This document shows positions 29,604 through 43,660 of a DNA stretch of 64,000 nt, piece after piece (the first letter of the stretch is position 1; every line of letters begins with the position of its first letter). The DNA comes from an uncultured Actinomycetota bacterium (GTDB taxonomy: Bacteria > Actinomycetota > Actinomycetes > CAVPEL01). The stretch is from contig CAVPEL010000001.1 in NCBI GenBank assembly GCA_963703505.1, forward strand, positions 4,269 through 68,268. Reading direction: 5' to 3'. Both the position numbers and the translations under genes were made by a program. Under the pieces are notes generated by a model. That model saw only the letters and a program-made list of their open reading frames with translations. It was not told where the DNA came from and ran no database searches.

Positions 29604-30170
29604 GTGCACGACCAGCTGGACCGTCTCCGGACGGATCGTGACGGTGCCCAACGCGCTCAGCTTCGCGCGGCTGCTCGGCGTCCCGGTCTTCCTCTGGCTG
29701 GTCCTCGGCCCGCACGCCGACGGCTGGGCGCATCGCTGGTGCTGGCGCTCAGCGGCGTCACCGACTAGCTCGACGGCAAGCTCGCCCGGCGCTGGAACCA
29801 GACCAGCCGGCTCGGCCAGCTGCTCGACCCGCGCGCCGACCGGCTCTACATCGTCGCGACCCTGGTCGCGCTGACCATCCGCGACATCATCCCGTGGTGG
29901 CTGGCCGCGGTCCTCGTCGCGCCGCGACGTCCTGCTCGCCTTCACGCTGCCGGTGCTGCGCCGGCACGGCTACGGCCCGCTGCCGGTGCACTACCTCGGC
30001 AAGGCCGCGACGTTCAACCTGCTGTACGCCTTCCCGCTGCTGCTGCTCGGCGACGGCACCGGCTGGCTGCACACCACGGCGCGCGATCATCGGCTGGGCG
30101 TTCGCGATCTGGGGGACGGCTCTGTACTGGTGGGCCGGGCGTGCTCTACGTCGTGCAGGTGCGCAGGTAG
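29604..30170 (+). pseudogene. CDP-alcohol phosphatidyltransferase (PgsA / Sco1389-type cardiolipin synthase-like); about 5 frame changes and one in-frame TAG
   Basis: TVPNALSFARLLGVPVFLWL, then GVTD-TAG-LDGKLARR...GQLLDPRADR (the DGx2ARx8Gx3Dx3D motif), then IIGWAFAIWGTALYWWAG. The TAG lies at 29766-29768. Confidence 0.8.
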
Positions 30171-30295
30171 CTCGATCCGATCCACCGCGACCGACCGGAC
30201 CCGGTGGGTCGGCTGGACCCGCACAGTCGCCCGACCCCACGCAGCCACCGACCGGGACTGGCGATGACGCGAGAAGGGCGTGGCGTGACGTCGGC

Positions 30296-32808
30296 ATGAA
30301 GGCCGTCGTGATGGCCGGCGGCGAGGGCACCCGCCTGCGCCCGATGACCGCGAACCAGCCCAAGCCGCTGCTGCCCGTGGTCAACCGGCCGATCATGGAG
30401 CACGTGCTGCGGCTGCTGCGCCGGCACGGCTTCACCGACACCGTCGTCACCGTGCAGTTCCTCGCCTCGCTGGTGCGCAACTACTTCGGCGACGGCGACG
30501 AGCTCGGCATGAACCTGCAGTACGCCACCGAGGAGACGCCGCTCGGCACCGCCGGCAGCGTCAAGAACGCCGAGGACGCGCTGCGCGACAGCCGTTCCTC
30601 GTCATCTCCGGCGACGCGCTCACCGACATCGACCTCACCGACATGGTCGCGCTTCCACGCAGAGCAACGGCGCGCTGGTCACGGTCGCGCTCAAGCGGGT
30701 GCCCGAACCCGCTGGAGTTCGGCATCATCATCGTCGACGACGACGGCCGGATCGAGCGGTTCCTCGAGAAGCCGACCTGGGGCCAGGTCTTCTCCGACAC
30801 CGTCAACACCGGCATCTACATCATGGAGCCGGAGGTCTTCGACCACGTCGCGACCGGGCGAGTCGGTCGACTGGTCGAGCGACGTCTTCCCGCAGCTGCT
30901 GGAGATGGGCGCGCCGGTCTACGGCTACGTCGCCGACGGCGTACTGGGAGGACGTCGGCACCCACGAGAGCTATCAGCAGGCGCAGGCCGACGTGCTCAA
31001 CCGTCAAGTCGACGTCGACATCGACGGCTTCGAGATGTCAGCCCGGGCGTCTGGGTCGGCGAGGGCGCCGAGGTCGACCCGGACGCGATCCTCAAGGGCC
31101 CGCTGTACATCGGCGACTACGCCAAGGTCGAGGCCGGCGCCGAGCTGCGCGAGTACACCGTGCTCGGCAGCAACGTCGTCGTGAAGAGCGGCGCGTTCCT
31201 GCACCGGGCCGTCGTGCACGACAACGTCTTCATCGGTCCGCACGCCAACCTGCGCGGCTGCGTCATCGGCAAGAACACCGACATCATGCGCGCCGCCCGG
31301 GTCGAGGAAGGCGCCGTCGATCGGCGACGAGTGCGTCGTCGAGGAGGAGGCGTTCATCTCGGCCGGGGTGAAGGTCTACCCGTTCAAGACGATCGAGGCC
31401 GGCGCGGTCGTCAACACGAGCGTCATCTGGGAGTCGCGCGGCCAGCGCACCCTGTTCGGCCCGCGCGGCGTCTCCGGCCTGGTCAACGTCGAGATCACGC
31501 CCGAGCTGGTCGTCCGGCTCGCCAGCGCCTACGCGACGACCCTGAAGAAGGGCGACACCGTCACGACCGCGCGCGACGTGTCGCGTGCCGCCCGTGCGCT
31601 GAAGCGAGCGGTGATCAGCGCGCTCACGGCCAGCGCGATCAACGTGCGCGACCTCGAGGTGACGCCGAGCGCCGGTGACCCGGTTCGAGACCGCGCGCGG
31701 CCGACGCCGTCGGCGGCGTCATGATCCGGACCACGCCGGGCGACCCGCAGAGCGTCGACATCGTCTTCCTCGACGAGCGCGGCGCCGACCTGTCGCAGGC
31801 GGCCCAGCGCAAGCTCGAGCGCATCTTCTACCGCCAGGAGTTCCGGCGCGCGTTCCCCGGCGAGATCGCCGACCTGTCGTTCCCGCCGCGCACGATCGAG
31901 GACTACGCGCAGGAGCTGCTGCGCTGCGTCGACACCGACGGGCATCCGCGAGGCCGGGCTGAAGGTCGTCGTCGACACCGCGGGCGGCGCGGCCGCGCTG
32001 GTGCTGCCGACGCTTGCTCGGCCGGCTCGGCGTCGACGTGCTCACCGTCAACAACCGCCTCGACGAGTCGTCGCCGACCGAGACGCTCGCCGAGCACAGC
32101 GCGCTGCCCTCGAGCGGCTCGGCGAGCTGGTCGCCTCGTCCCGGGCGGCGTTCGGCGTGCGGTTCGACCCGGTGGGGGAGCGGATCGTCGCTCGTCGACG
32201 AGCGCGGCGTCATCGTCGACGACGACCGCGCGCTGCTGGTGTTCCTGGACCTCGTCGCCGCCGAGCGCCACAGCGGCCAGATCGCGCTGCCGGTGACCAC
32301 GACGCGGGTCGCCGAGCAGGTCGCCCGGTTCCACGGCGTCGACATCCACTGGACCCCGACCTCGCCCGACGAGCTGACCAGGGCGGCCGAGGCCCCGGAC
32401 GTGATCTTCGCCGGCGACGGCCGCGGCGGCTTCGTCGTCCCGGAGTTCGCCCCGGCGATCGACGGGATCGCCGCGTTCGTCCGCCTGCCGGGCTGGTCGC
32501 CCGCACGAAGCTGACGCTCAGCCAGATCGACGCGCGCATCCCGCAGGCGCTACGTGCTTCGCCGGTCCGTGCCGACGCCGTGGGCCGCCAAGGGCATGGT
32601 CATGCGGGCGGTGGTCGAGGCCGCGGGCGACCGCGTGGTCGACACCACCGACGGGGTGCGCGTCGTCGAGGCCGACGGGCGGTGGGCGCTGGTGCTGCCC
32701 GACCCGGCGGAGGCGGTCACCCACCTGTGGGCGGAAGGTCCCGACCTGTCCGGCGCGACCGCGCTGCTCGAGGAATGGCGGGGGACCGTCGAGTCTGTGG
32801 GCGGATAG
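30296..32808 (+). pseudogene. bifunctional sugar-1-phosphate nucleotidyltransferase / phosphohexomutase (mannose-1-P guanylyltransferase-PMM type, about 835 aa); about 16 frame changes as sequenced
   Basis: MKAVVMAGGEGTRLRPMTANQPKPLLPV, hexapeptide-repeat region (VGEGAEVDPDAILKGPLYIGDYAKV...) and a PGM/PMM-like C-terminal half (VVVDTAGGAAALVLPTL..., GDGRGGFVVPEF). The product is continuous only after joining all three frames. Confidence 0.85.
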
Positions 32809-32839
32809 TGGTGCCGGGCCGCGCGCTTGCAACAATGCA

Positions 32840-33750
32840 TTGATGCCATCGCCCCCTGCCACCGACGTCGAGCACGGCCCCGACGGTCGACGCCTCGACG
32901 CGTCGATGTCGCTGCTCGTCGACCTGATGACGAACGCCCTCGATGGCGGCTACGCCGATGCCGCGCAGCGCAAGGCGGCGCGGGCGAGCGAGGGACGCGG
33001 TACGGCCGACGCGCCCCGCAGGTCGGTGCCACCGCTGCTGCGATCCACCTCGCTCATGGTCGTCCTCGTTCTGGCTGGGGTCCTGCTGGCCACCGCCGGA
33101 GTCCAGGCGCGCAGCCGTGCTCCCAGCGCGGCGCAAGCGCGGACCGCGCTCATCCAGCAGGTGAACGCCCGGTCGACCGCGCTGGACGAGCAACAGCGAA
33201 GGCTCGCCGAGCTCGAGCAGACCACCATGGAGCGGCGGGACTCCGCGCTGAAGGCCACCTCGACGGGTCAGGTGGCGAGCCGCCAGCTGGCGAACCTCGA
33301 GGAGGCGGTCGGCGCGATGGCGATGAGCGGTCCGGCGTGCGGGTGACGCTGGACAACGCGAAGCCGTCCGCCGACGGGGCTGCGCCCGCCGATGACCTGG
33401 GCGCCATCTTCGACCGGGACATCCAGGCCGTCGTCAACGCCTTGTGGGCAACCGGCGCGGAGGCGATCGCGGTCAACGGCCAGCGGCTCACCGTGCAGAC
33501 GGCGATCCGGTCGGCGGGCGCCGCCATCCTGGTCGACTTCCGGCCGCTGTCGCCGCCCTACGTCATCGAGGCGATCGGCAACGCCCAGACGGTGGAGACC
33601 CGGTTCAACGACAGCACCACGGGTCGGCTGTACCGTGCGTGGCGTTCGACCTACGGCATCAAGTTCACTGTGTCGAGCCACAAGAGCCTCGACCTCCCGG
33701 CCTCGTCCCGACTATCCGTCCGCTACGCCCAACCTCTGGACTCCCCGTGA
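32840..33750 (+). pseudogene. DUF881 domain membrane protein; one frame change near 33335
   Basis: N-terminal TM, coiled-coil, then GPGVRVTLDNA...DRDIQAVVNALWATGAEAIAVNGQRL, typical of DUF881. Confidence 0.8.
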
Positions 33751-34079
33751 TCGCAGCCCTCGCCCTCGCCGTCGGCATCCTGTTCGGCATCTTCGTCCAG
33801 CCCAGCGTGCCCGGGGCCCTGCAGCCCTACCTGCCGATCGCGGTCGTCGCGGCGCTCGACGCGGTCTTCGGCGGTGTCCGGGCCCTGCTCGACGGCATCT
33901 TCGACGACAAGGTGTTCGTCGTCTCGTTCGTGGCGAACGTGCTCGTCGCGGCCCTCATCGTCTTCCTCGGCGACCAGCTCGGGGTGGGCAGCCAGCTGTC
34001 GACCGGCGTCGTCGTCGTCCTCGGTATCCGGATCTTCTCCAACGCGGCCGCGATCCGTCGACGGATCTTCCACGCATGA
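33747..34079 (+). CDS. small basic membrane protein (DUF1290 family)
   Basis: GTGA overlap with the upstream DUF881 gene. 110 aa, three hydrophobic helices, C-terminal AAAIRRRIFHA. Confidence 0.8.
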   Translation: MIAALALAVGILFGIFVQPSVPGALQPYLPIAVVAALDAVFGGVRALLDGIFDDKVFVVSFVANVLVAALIVFLGDQLGVGSQLSTGVVVVLGIRIFSNAAAIRRRIFHA

Positions 34080-34907
34080 GCGCACCCACACCCCCGGACC
34101 CGACCGAGCCCAAGGCGCCCGCCTCTGAGGGCCAGACGCCGGACGATGCCAGCCGACCCACCGGGCACGAGCGGCTGATGGCCGCATTGCGTCCACGTGC
34201 GAGCCGGGCGCAGGTCATCGTCGCGGTGCTGTGCGCCCTGCTCGGCTTCGCGCTCGTCGCGCAGGTGCGCAGCCAGCGGGACGACGGTCTGACCCACGCC
34301 CGGCAGAGCGACCTGGTCGGCATCCTCGACACGCTCAACCAGCGCTCGATCCGGCTGGCGGACGAGATCCGGCAGCAGGAAGAGACCCTCGCCAACCTGA
34401 CCAACGGCGCCGACCGGACGCAGACGGCGCTGGAAGACGCGCAACTGCGCGCCAGGACGCTCGGGATCCTCGCCGGGACCGCTCCGGCGACCGGTACCGG
34501 CATCGTGCTGCGAATCGACGACCCCTCCCACAACGTGACCGCCGACATCGTGCTCGACGTCATCGAGGAGCTGCGGGACGCCGGCGCCGAGGCGGTGCAG
34601 ATCAGCGGGGTGGCCGGCACCGACGTGCGCCTGGTGGCGAGCAGCTACGTCGTCGACACCGACGGTGGCATCGACGTCGACGGCGTCCAGCTGAAGGCGC
34701 CGTATCTGATCACCGTCATCGGCGACCCGCACACGCTCGCCGCCGCGATGGGCATCCCCGGCGGTGTGCTCGAGACGCTGCGGAGCAAGGATGCCGCCGG
34801 TACGGTTGATCAGCAGCTCGTCAGTCACGATCAGTGCGTTGCGGGCGCTGTCCAGCCCTCAGTACGCTCGGCCGGCGCCGCAAGCCAGCGGATCCGACGG
34901 TAAGTAA
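34076..34907 (+). pseudogene. second DUF881 domain membrane protein; frame change near 34815
   Basis: ATGA overlap with the small basic protein gene. GTGIVLRIDDP...DIVLDVIEELRDAGAEAVQISG...LKAPYLITVIGDP. The C-terminus VTISALRALSSPQYARPAP lies in the adjacent frame. Confidence 0.8.
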
Positions 34908-34970
34908 GGGCCGGATCAAACCGCCGCCAGTTCGCCCATACCGTGTGACGTCCCCTAAGGAGTGAGACCC

Positions 34971-35350
34971 GTGAGCCCCGAGGACCTGAAGTACACCGCC
35001 GAGCACGAGTGGGTGCGTCCGACCGCTGACGGCGCCGCGGTGCGCGTCGGCATCACCGACTACGCGCAGGAGGCGCTCGGCGACATCGTCTTCGTCACCC
35101 TGCCCGACCTGGGCGCCGAGGTCACCCCGGGGACGCCCTGCGGCGAGGTCGAGTCGACCAAGAGCGTGTCGGACATCTACGCCCCGCTGGCCGGCGAGGT
35201 CACTGCGCGGAACGAGGACCTGACGCTCGCCCCGAGCTGGTCAACACCGACCCGTACGGCGACGGCTGGATGTTCGAGATGCGGCCGACGGACCCGGCAG
35301 CGCTGGACGGCCTGCTCGACGCATCGGCCTACGAGGCGACCATCGGCTAG
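34971..35350 (+). pseudogene. gcvH: glycine cleavage system H protein; one frame change near 35230
   Basis: AAGGAG 9 nt upstream of the [27 protein letters not shown], and lipoyl site [14 protein letters not shown]. Confidence 0.9.
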
Positions 35351-35531
35351 CAGGTTCGGCCGGCCTCCAGCCTGGTGATCAGGTTGGAGGTTCGGCCAGT
35401 TGACCGCAGCGTCGCGGCCGCATAGGTTTCCAGGACCGTCAACCTCAACTTCACGGTGCTGGTGAGCTGGGGTCGACCGCAGGGTCTGCCTGACCGTCCC
35501 ACCGTCCCGATCCACGGAGGATGTCCGCCCG

Positions 35532-36152
35532 ATGCCGACCGTCTTCTGCACGCGCTGCGGGCACGAGAACCCCGAGGACAGCCGGTACTGCGCGAGCTGC
35601 GGCGTCGCGCTGAGCCACGCCGGCCACGGGCACGCGCCGGAAGGGCCGACCGAGGTGACCTCGACGATCTCCATCTCGGGGATCGAGTCGCTGGACAGCG
35701 AGCACCTGGACACCGGTAACGACGACCTCGCCGACACGGCGGTCCGGGTCACCGTCGAGGCGCTGTCGCCGGCTCGGCGCTGCTCGTGGTCCAGCGCGGC
35801 CCCAACGCCGGCAGCCGGTTCCTGCTCGACGCGGACGTGACCACGGCGGGCCGACACCCGGAGAGCGACATCTTCCTCGACGACGTGACCGTGTCCCGCC
35901 GGCACGCCGAGTTCCGGCGCACAGACCGGCGGCTTCTCGGTGCGCGACGTCGGCAGCCTCAACGGCACCTACGTCAACCGGGAACGGATCGACGAGGCAC
36001 CGCTGACAGGTGGCGACGAGGTGCAGATCGGCAAGTTCCGGCTGGTCTTCCTGACCGGCCCGCACGGCGCAGGTGCCGCCTCCGCTGATCTCGGCCACCA
36101 GGCACCCGCCGACCGTCCCAACGGCGGTCCCACCGACAGCGCCGGTCGGTGA
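35532..36152 (+). pseudogene. zinc-ribbon + FHA domain protein at the GarA/OdhI locus; two frame changes
   Basis: N-terminus CTRCGHENPEDSRYCASC (Cx2Cx10Cx2C). FHA core AGRHPESDIFLDDVTVSRRHAEF...VRDVGSLNGTYVN...QIGKFRLVF. The frame changes near 35775 and 35935. Follows gcvH as in Rv1826-Rv1827. Confidence 0.85.
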
Positions 36153-36906
36153 CGGCGGCGATGAGCGCCTCGTCGTTGCCGTCCCGGTCGTTCCTGAGCA
36201 TCGGCGAGGTGCTCGCTCAGCTGCGCCCCGACTTCCCCGACGTCACGATCTCCAAGATCCGGTTCCTCGAGTCCGAGGGCCTCGTCGAGCCCGAGCGCAC
36301 CCCGTCGGGCTATCGCAAGTTCTCGCACGACGACGTCCAGCGGCTGCGCTACGTGCTGACCGCCCAGCGCGACCACTACCTGCCGCTGCGGGTGATCAAG
36401 GAGCACCTCGAGGCGCTCGACCGCGGTCTCGAGCCGCCGACCGAGGCCGGCGGCGGCCCGCGGGTGCCGCATGGCGCTCGTCGCGACCGACGGGCTGCCC
36501 GGCCCGGAGGCGTTCGGCCGGGACTCCGCCGAGGTGCGGCTGTCCCGCAAGGAGCTGCTCGAGGCCGCCGACCTCGACGAGGACGCGCTCGGCCCAGCTC
36601 GAGCAGTACGGCCTGGTCGCCGCGCGCCCGGGCGGCAAGCACTACGACGGCGACGTCGCTGGTGATCGCCCAGACGGTCGCCGAGATGGCGCGGTTCGGC
36701 ATCGAGCCGCGGCACCTGCGGTCGTTCAAGGCCGCCGCCGACCGCGAGGTCGGGCTGGTCGAGCAGGTCGTGACGCCGCTGGTGCGGCAGCGCAACCCGG
36801 AGGCGCGGGCCCGGGCCGAGGAGGTCGTCCGCGAGCTCGCCGCCCTGTCGGTCCGGCTGCACGCCGCTTGGTGAAGGCCGGCCTCGGCGCGTCCGTCGGC
36901 CGCTGA
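36149..36906 (+). pseudogene. MerR-family transcriptional regulator (FtsR/Rv1828-like); about 4 frame changes
   Basis: HTH LSIGEVLAQLRPDFPDVTISKIRFLESEGLVEPERTPSGYRKFS. C-terminal domain VIAQTVAEMARFGIEPRHLRSFK. GTGA overlap with the FHA gene. Confidence 0.8.
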
Positions 36907-37015
36907 GCCGCTAGCGCTGTCGACCGTCGAAGTGGACCTGAGCGGACAGCCGGCGCGGTGTACCGTGGACGCGACCGGGCAGTTGCCGGTGCGAACCCAC
37001 AGGCGGTGACACGCA

Positions 37016-37504
37016 GTGAACGAGCTGCACGTCGTCGGCGTTCGGGTCGAGCTGCCGACGAATCAGCCGATCGTCCTGCTGCGGGAGGTCGAGGGCGAGC
37101 GCTACCTGCCGATCTGGATCGGTGCGGTCGAGGCCACCGCGATCGCGTTCGCCCAGCAGGGCGTCGTCCCGCCGCGACCGCTGACCCACGACCTGCTGCG
37201 CGACGTGCTCGCCGCGCTCGGGGCGACGCTTGCAGGCGGTGCGGATCACCGAGCTGCGCGACAACGTCTTCTACGCCGAGCTGGTCTTCGACGACGGGCG
37301 TCGAGGTCAGCGCCCGGCCGTCCGACGCGATCGCGCTCGCGCTGCGCACCGGCACGTCGATCTTCGGCGCCGAGGCGGTGCTCGAGGAGGCCGGCATCCG
37401 AGTTCGCCGACGAGCAGAAGCCGAGGACGAGGTCGAGAAGTTCCGCGAGTTCCTCGACACCATCTCGCCCGGAGGACTTCGAGGCCGGGCCGAGCCCGAG
37501 TTGA
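37016..37504 (+). pseudogene. bifunctional nuclease family protein (DUF151; Rv1829-like); about 5 frame changes
   Basis: VGVRVELPTNQPIVLLREVEGERYLPIWIGAVEATAIA, RPLTHDLL, and EVEKFREFLDTISPEDF after frame joining. Confidence 0.85.
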
Positions 37505-37644
37505 CCTCGATGGCCCTGACCTCAGCCTCAACTAGAGGTTGAGAGTTGCGACACGCCGTGGAGGTGCGTTGACGTGCCCGCCGTCGACTGCCTACGGTAG
37601 CCACCGGAACACCGAGCGTGGTAGACTAGGCGAGGGAGACCTTC

Positions 37645-38296
37645 GTGGCGACCAACGGTGACGGTTCGGGAACCATCGCGGGCACGTCTGCGGAGGTGCC
37701 CGCCCCACGAGGTCGCTCACCACGCGGCGCGCCTGGCAGCAGGCGCAGCAGGGCACTGCTGTTCGCCGACGACCTGCCGGCCCTCGACGACGGACGTCGG
37801 CTACCGCGGGCCGACCGCCTGCTCCGCCGCCGGCATCACCTACCGCCAGCTCGACTACTGGGCCCGCACCGGCCTGGTCGAGCCGAGCGTCCGCCCGGCG
37901 GCCGGCTCCGGCACGCAGCGGCTCTACGGCTTCCGCGACATCCTGGTGCTCAAGGTCGTCAAGCGACTGCTCGACACCGGCGTCTCGCTGCAGAACATCC
38001 GCACCGCCGTCCAGCACCTGCGCGAGCGCGGCGTCGAGCGACCTCGCCCAGATCACCTTGATGAGCGACGGCGCCAGCGTCTACGAGTGCACCTCCGCCG
38101 ACGAGGTCATCGACCTGGTCCAGGGCGGCCAGGGCGTGTTCGGCATCGCCGTCGGCCGGGTTGTGCGCGAGGTCGAGGGCTCGCTCGCCGCGCTGCCCAG
38201 CGAGCGACCCGAGGGCGAGCACGAGGCCGTCGCCGAGCCGATCCGCACCCGTCCGACGAGCTGGCGCACCGGCGCCGGTCCCGCAAGATCAGCTAG
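37645..38296 (+). pseudogene. MerR-family transcriptional regulator (Rv1830-like); about 3 frame changes
   Basis: GITYRQLDYWARTGLVEPS...GTQRLYGFRDILVLKVVKRLLDTGVSLQNIR. Confidence 0.8.
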
Positions 38297-38379
38297 CACG
38301 CTCGGACACGCTGGCCGCGCCATCGGCTCGCGGTCTTGAGCGGGCCGCTGCGCTGATACCGTGGGCGGTGCCGACGACC

Positions 38380-38578
38380 CCGCGCGGGAGAGTTCTCACG
38401 CCGCCAGCGTGAGGCGCCGAAGGAGCAACCTCCCCGGAATCTCTCAGGCCCAGCGACCGCACGGACGAGGCAACTCTGGAAAGTACGCGGTCCTGCTGCG
38501 CGGGCTCGCGTCACCGACGGTGCAAACCCGGCCTGCAGCGGCCGGGTGAAGCTCTCAGGTCGCGATGACAGAGGGGGA
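38380..38578 (+). promoter_or_regulatory. tandem glycine riboswitch upstream of gcvP
   Basis: Two aptamer-like units. The first is CGGGAGAG...GCGCCGAAGGAGCAACC...CTCTCAGGC. The second is CTCTGGAAAG...CACCGACGGTGCAAAC...GCTCTCAGGT...ACAGAGGGGG. They end 30 nt before the gcvP ATG. Confidence 0.85.
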
Positions 38579-38609
38579 GGCCACCACCCACCGTCTCCGG
38601 AGGCCCCTC

Positions 38610-41501
<2,892 letters not shown>

Positions 41502-41510
<9 letters not shown>

Positions 41511-41534
41511 CGGGTTCGCTTGCCCTCAGTCCTC
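41502..41534. terminator. 9-bp inverted repeat between convergent gcvP and the DUF5999 gene, containing both stop codons
   Basis: GAGGACTGA (41502-41510) and TCAGTCCTC (41526-41534) with a 15-nt loop. Confidence 0.5.
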
Positions 41535-41732
41535 GTGCGCCGTGTGGGGTGATGCCGCGGCGCGGTGCGGTTCCACCAGCTGGCCATCGGGCAGCAGGTC
41601 ACCGGTGTCGTCGAAGGCCAGCACGCCGTTGCAGAGCAGGCTCCAGCCTTGTTCGGGATGGGCCGCGACGGTGTGCGCAGCTTCGCGGTCCGGGGACTCC
41701 GCGCTTGGACACGGCGGCTGGTGCGAACACAT
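41526..41732 (-). CDS. DUF5999-family small protein
   Basis: MCSHQPPCPSAESPDREAAHTVAAHPEQGWSLLCNGVLAFDDTGDLLPDG matches my recollection of this conserved actinobacterial family. Internal ATG of ORF 41526..41966. Confidence 0.7.
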   Translation of the reverse strand: MCSHQPPCPSAESPDREAAHTVAAHPEQGWSLLCNGVLAFDDTGDLLPDGQLVEPHRAAASPHTAHED

Positions 41733-41843
41733 GGTGACCACTTCCCGGACTCGTCGATCAGGTACCGTCCAGTGTCGGCCGAGGCGGCACGAACCTGAGT
41801 GATATTCGACCGTCTTCACCCTTTCGAGCGAGAGTGGACGATC

Positions 41844-42035
41844 GTGGGCGTGTTCGACGAGTTGAAGGACAAGGCTGAAGGTCTCCTCAAGGACCACAAG
41901 GAGCAGGTCGAGAGCGCGGTCGGCAAGGTCGGCAGCTTCGTCGACGACAAGACCGGCGGCAAGCACTCCGCCCAGATCGAACAGGGCGTTCAGACGGCGA
42001 AGGGACTGCTCGGCAAGCTCGGCGACGAGGCCTAG
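41844..42035 (+). CDS. MT0933-like (PF14013) small protein, annotated in databases as an antitoxin-like family
   Basis: GVFDELKDKAEGLLKDHKEQVESAVGKVGSFVDDKTGGKHSAQIEQGV fits the DxKTGGKxxxxIxxG pattern. GTG start inside ORF 41799..42035. Confidence 0.65.
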   Translation: MGVFDELKDKAEGLLKDHKEQVESAVGKVGSFVDDKTGGKHSAQIEQGVQTAKGLLGKLGDEA

Positions 42036-42059
42036 CGCGACCGTACGGCTCAGCCGCCG

Positions 42060-42749
42060 TCAGGCGCGCCTGGTGAACAGCAGGTCCACGATGTCGTGGC
42101 CCCGTTCGACGCCCCGTCGCTCGTAGGGGGTCACCGGGCGGCTCGCCGGACGTGGAGCGTAGCCGTCGTGGGTGTTCACCAAGAGCGGCTCGGCGCTGAG
42201 CGTCGTGAGCATCTTGGCGGCGTAGTCGGCCCAGTCCGTGGCGCAGTGCACGAACCCGCCGGGAACCAGCCTTGAGGCGAGCAGTGCGACGAACGCCGGC
42301 TGGACCAGTCGACGCTTGTGGTGCCGTACCTTGCGCCACGGGTCGGGGAAGAAGATGCGCACCCCAGCCAAGGACCCGGGAGGGATGCGCTCCTCCACGA
42401 AGGGGACCGCATCGCCGTAGACGACACGCAGGTTGGTCAGGCCGATGGTGTCGACGAGGGTCAGGAGCTTGCTGACCCCGGCCTGGTGGACCTCGGTGGC
42501 GAGCACCCCCACGTCAGGTTCGGCGGCGGCCATCTGAGCGGTCGCGTCGCCCATCCCGAAGCCGATCTCCAGCACCACGGGTGTGCCCGCGCCGAACAGG
42601 GCGCCGAGGTCCAGGGGGGTGCCGTTCGGTGCGACGCTGAACCTCGGCGCCAGCTGGGTGATCGCCGCGTGACGACCGGGCGTCATCCGGCCGTTGCGGG
42701 CGTGGTAGCTGCGGACCCGGCCGGCCGTGTGCTCCGCTGCAGTCGTCAT
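42060..42749 (-). CDS. trmB: tRNA (guanine46-N7)-methyltransferase
   Basis: VLEIGFGMGDATAQMA SAM motif, IFFPDPWRKVRHHKRRL and HCATDWADYA. Confidence 0.9.
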   Translation of the reverse strand: MTTAAEHTAGRVRSYHARNGRMTPGRHAAITQLAPRFSVAPNGTPLDLGALFGAGTPVVLEIGFGMGDATAQMAAAEPDVGVLATEVHQAGVSKLLTLVDTIGLTNLRVVYGDAVPFVEERIPPGSLAGVRIFFPDPWRKVRHHKRRLVQPAFVALLASRLVPGGFVHCATDWADYAAKMLTTLSAEPLLVNTHDGYAPRPASRPVTPYERRGVERGHDIVDLLFTRRA

Positions 42750-42832
42750 GTGCTGGGAGAACCTTCCGCCGACGGGGTGCGCCGAGGTCGGCGCCCGTTG
42801 ACGATATGCCACCGGGTCGCTCAGACGGTCAG

Positions 42833-43660
42833 TCAGGCGGTGGCGCCCGGTTGGCCGGGCTCGTGACCGAACCCGTCGCGCGGATTGGCATGTGCCTCGG
42901 CATCGGCAACCGTCGCTGTCGGGGGTTCGACTGCCATCTCCTCAGGGGCAGGCGCCTCGCCAGGGAAGAGGAACCCGGCCACCAGGGCGGCGATGACGCC
43001 TCCGAGAAGTGGCGCGATGATGAAGAGCCACAGCTGGCTGAGCGCAACGCCTCCGACGAACAGCGCCGGGCCGATGCTGCGCGCCGGATTCACCGAGGTG
43101 CCGGTCAGCGGGATGCCCATCAGGTGGACGAGGGCGAGGGCCAGACCGATCGCGACGCCCGCCACCTGGGGCCAGGCAGCTTTCCGGGTGGCGACCATCA
43201 CGACCATGACGAACATGAAGGTGAGCACGACCTCGGTGAGGAACGCACCCGGTGCGTTCAAACCGATGAGCGACTCCTTGTCGTAGCCGTTGGTGCCGAG
43301 TCCCGTGCTCTTGGTGTAGCGGTCTGACGTGTTGAACACGCCCCAGAGCACCAACGCTCCGATGATGCCGCCGACCACCTGGGCGATCCAGTAGCCGACC
43401 GCCTCGATCGGCGTGATCCGCCGCGCGACGAGAAAGCCCATGGTGACCGCAGGGTTGACGTGACAGCCGGAGATCGAGCCGAGCGCGTAGACCAGCACCA
43501 GCACGACGAAGCCGAAAGTGAAGGCGGTTGCCACGACGCCGGACGAGACGCTGCTCCCAGTCGCGCCGAACCCGAACGACATGGTGGCGACGCCGACGCC
43601 GAAGAAGACCAGTAGCGCCGTGCCGAGCAGTTCCGCTACCAACTTCTTCGGATCGTTCAT
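42833..43660 (-). CDS. aqpZ: aquaporin Z-type MIP channel
   Basis: Two NPA boxes (GCHVNPAVT, SVNPARS), six TM helices, and a GGAGGG RBS before ATG 43660. Confidence 0.88.
   Translation of the reverse strand: MNDPKKLVAELLGTALLVFFGVGVATMSFGFGATGSSVSSGVVATAFTFGFVVLVLVYALGSISGCHVNPAVTMGFLVARRITPIEAVGYWIAQVVGGIIGALVLWGVFNTSDRYTKSTGLGTNGYDKESLIGLNAPGAFLTEVVLTFMFVMVVMVATRKAAWPQVAGVAIGLALALVHLMGIPLTGTSVNPARSIGPALFVGGVALSQLWLFIIAPLLGGVIAALVAGFLFPGEAPAPEEMAVEPPTATVADAEAHANPRDGFGHEPGQPGATA

Noticed and set aside
29766-29768. In-frame TAG as pyrrolysine or other recoding
   Set aside because: No pyl genes or PYLIS-like context are present. The codon is one substitution from Trp or Tyr at a position that is normally aromatic or hydrophobic, and the surrounding gene is full of indel errors.
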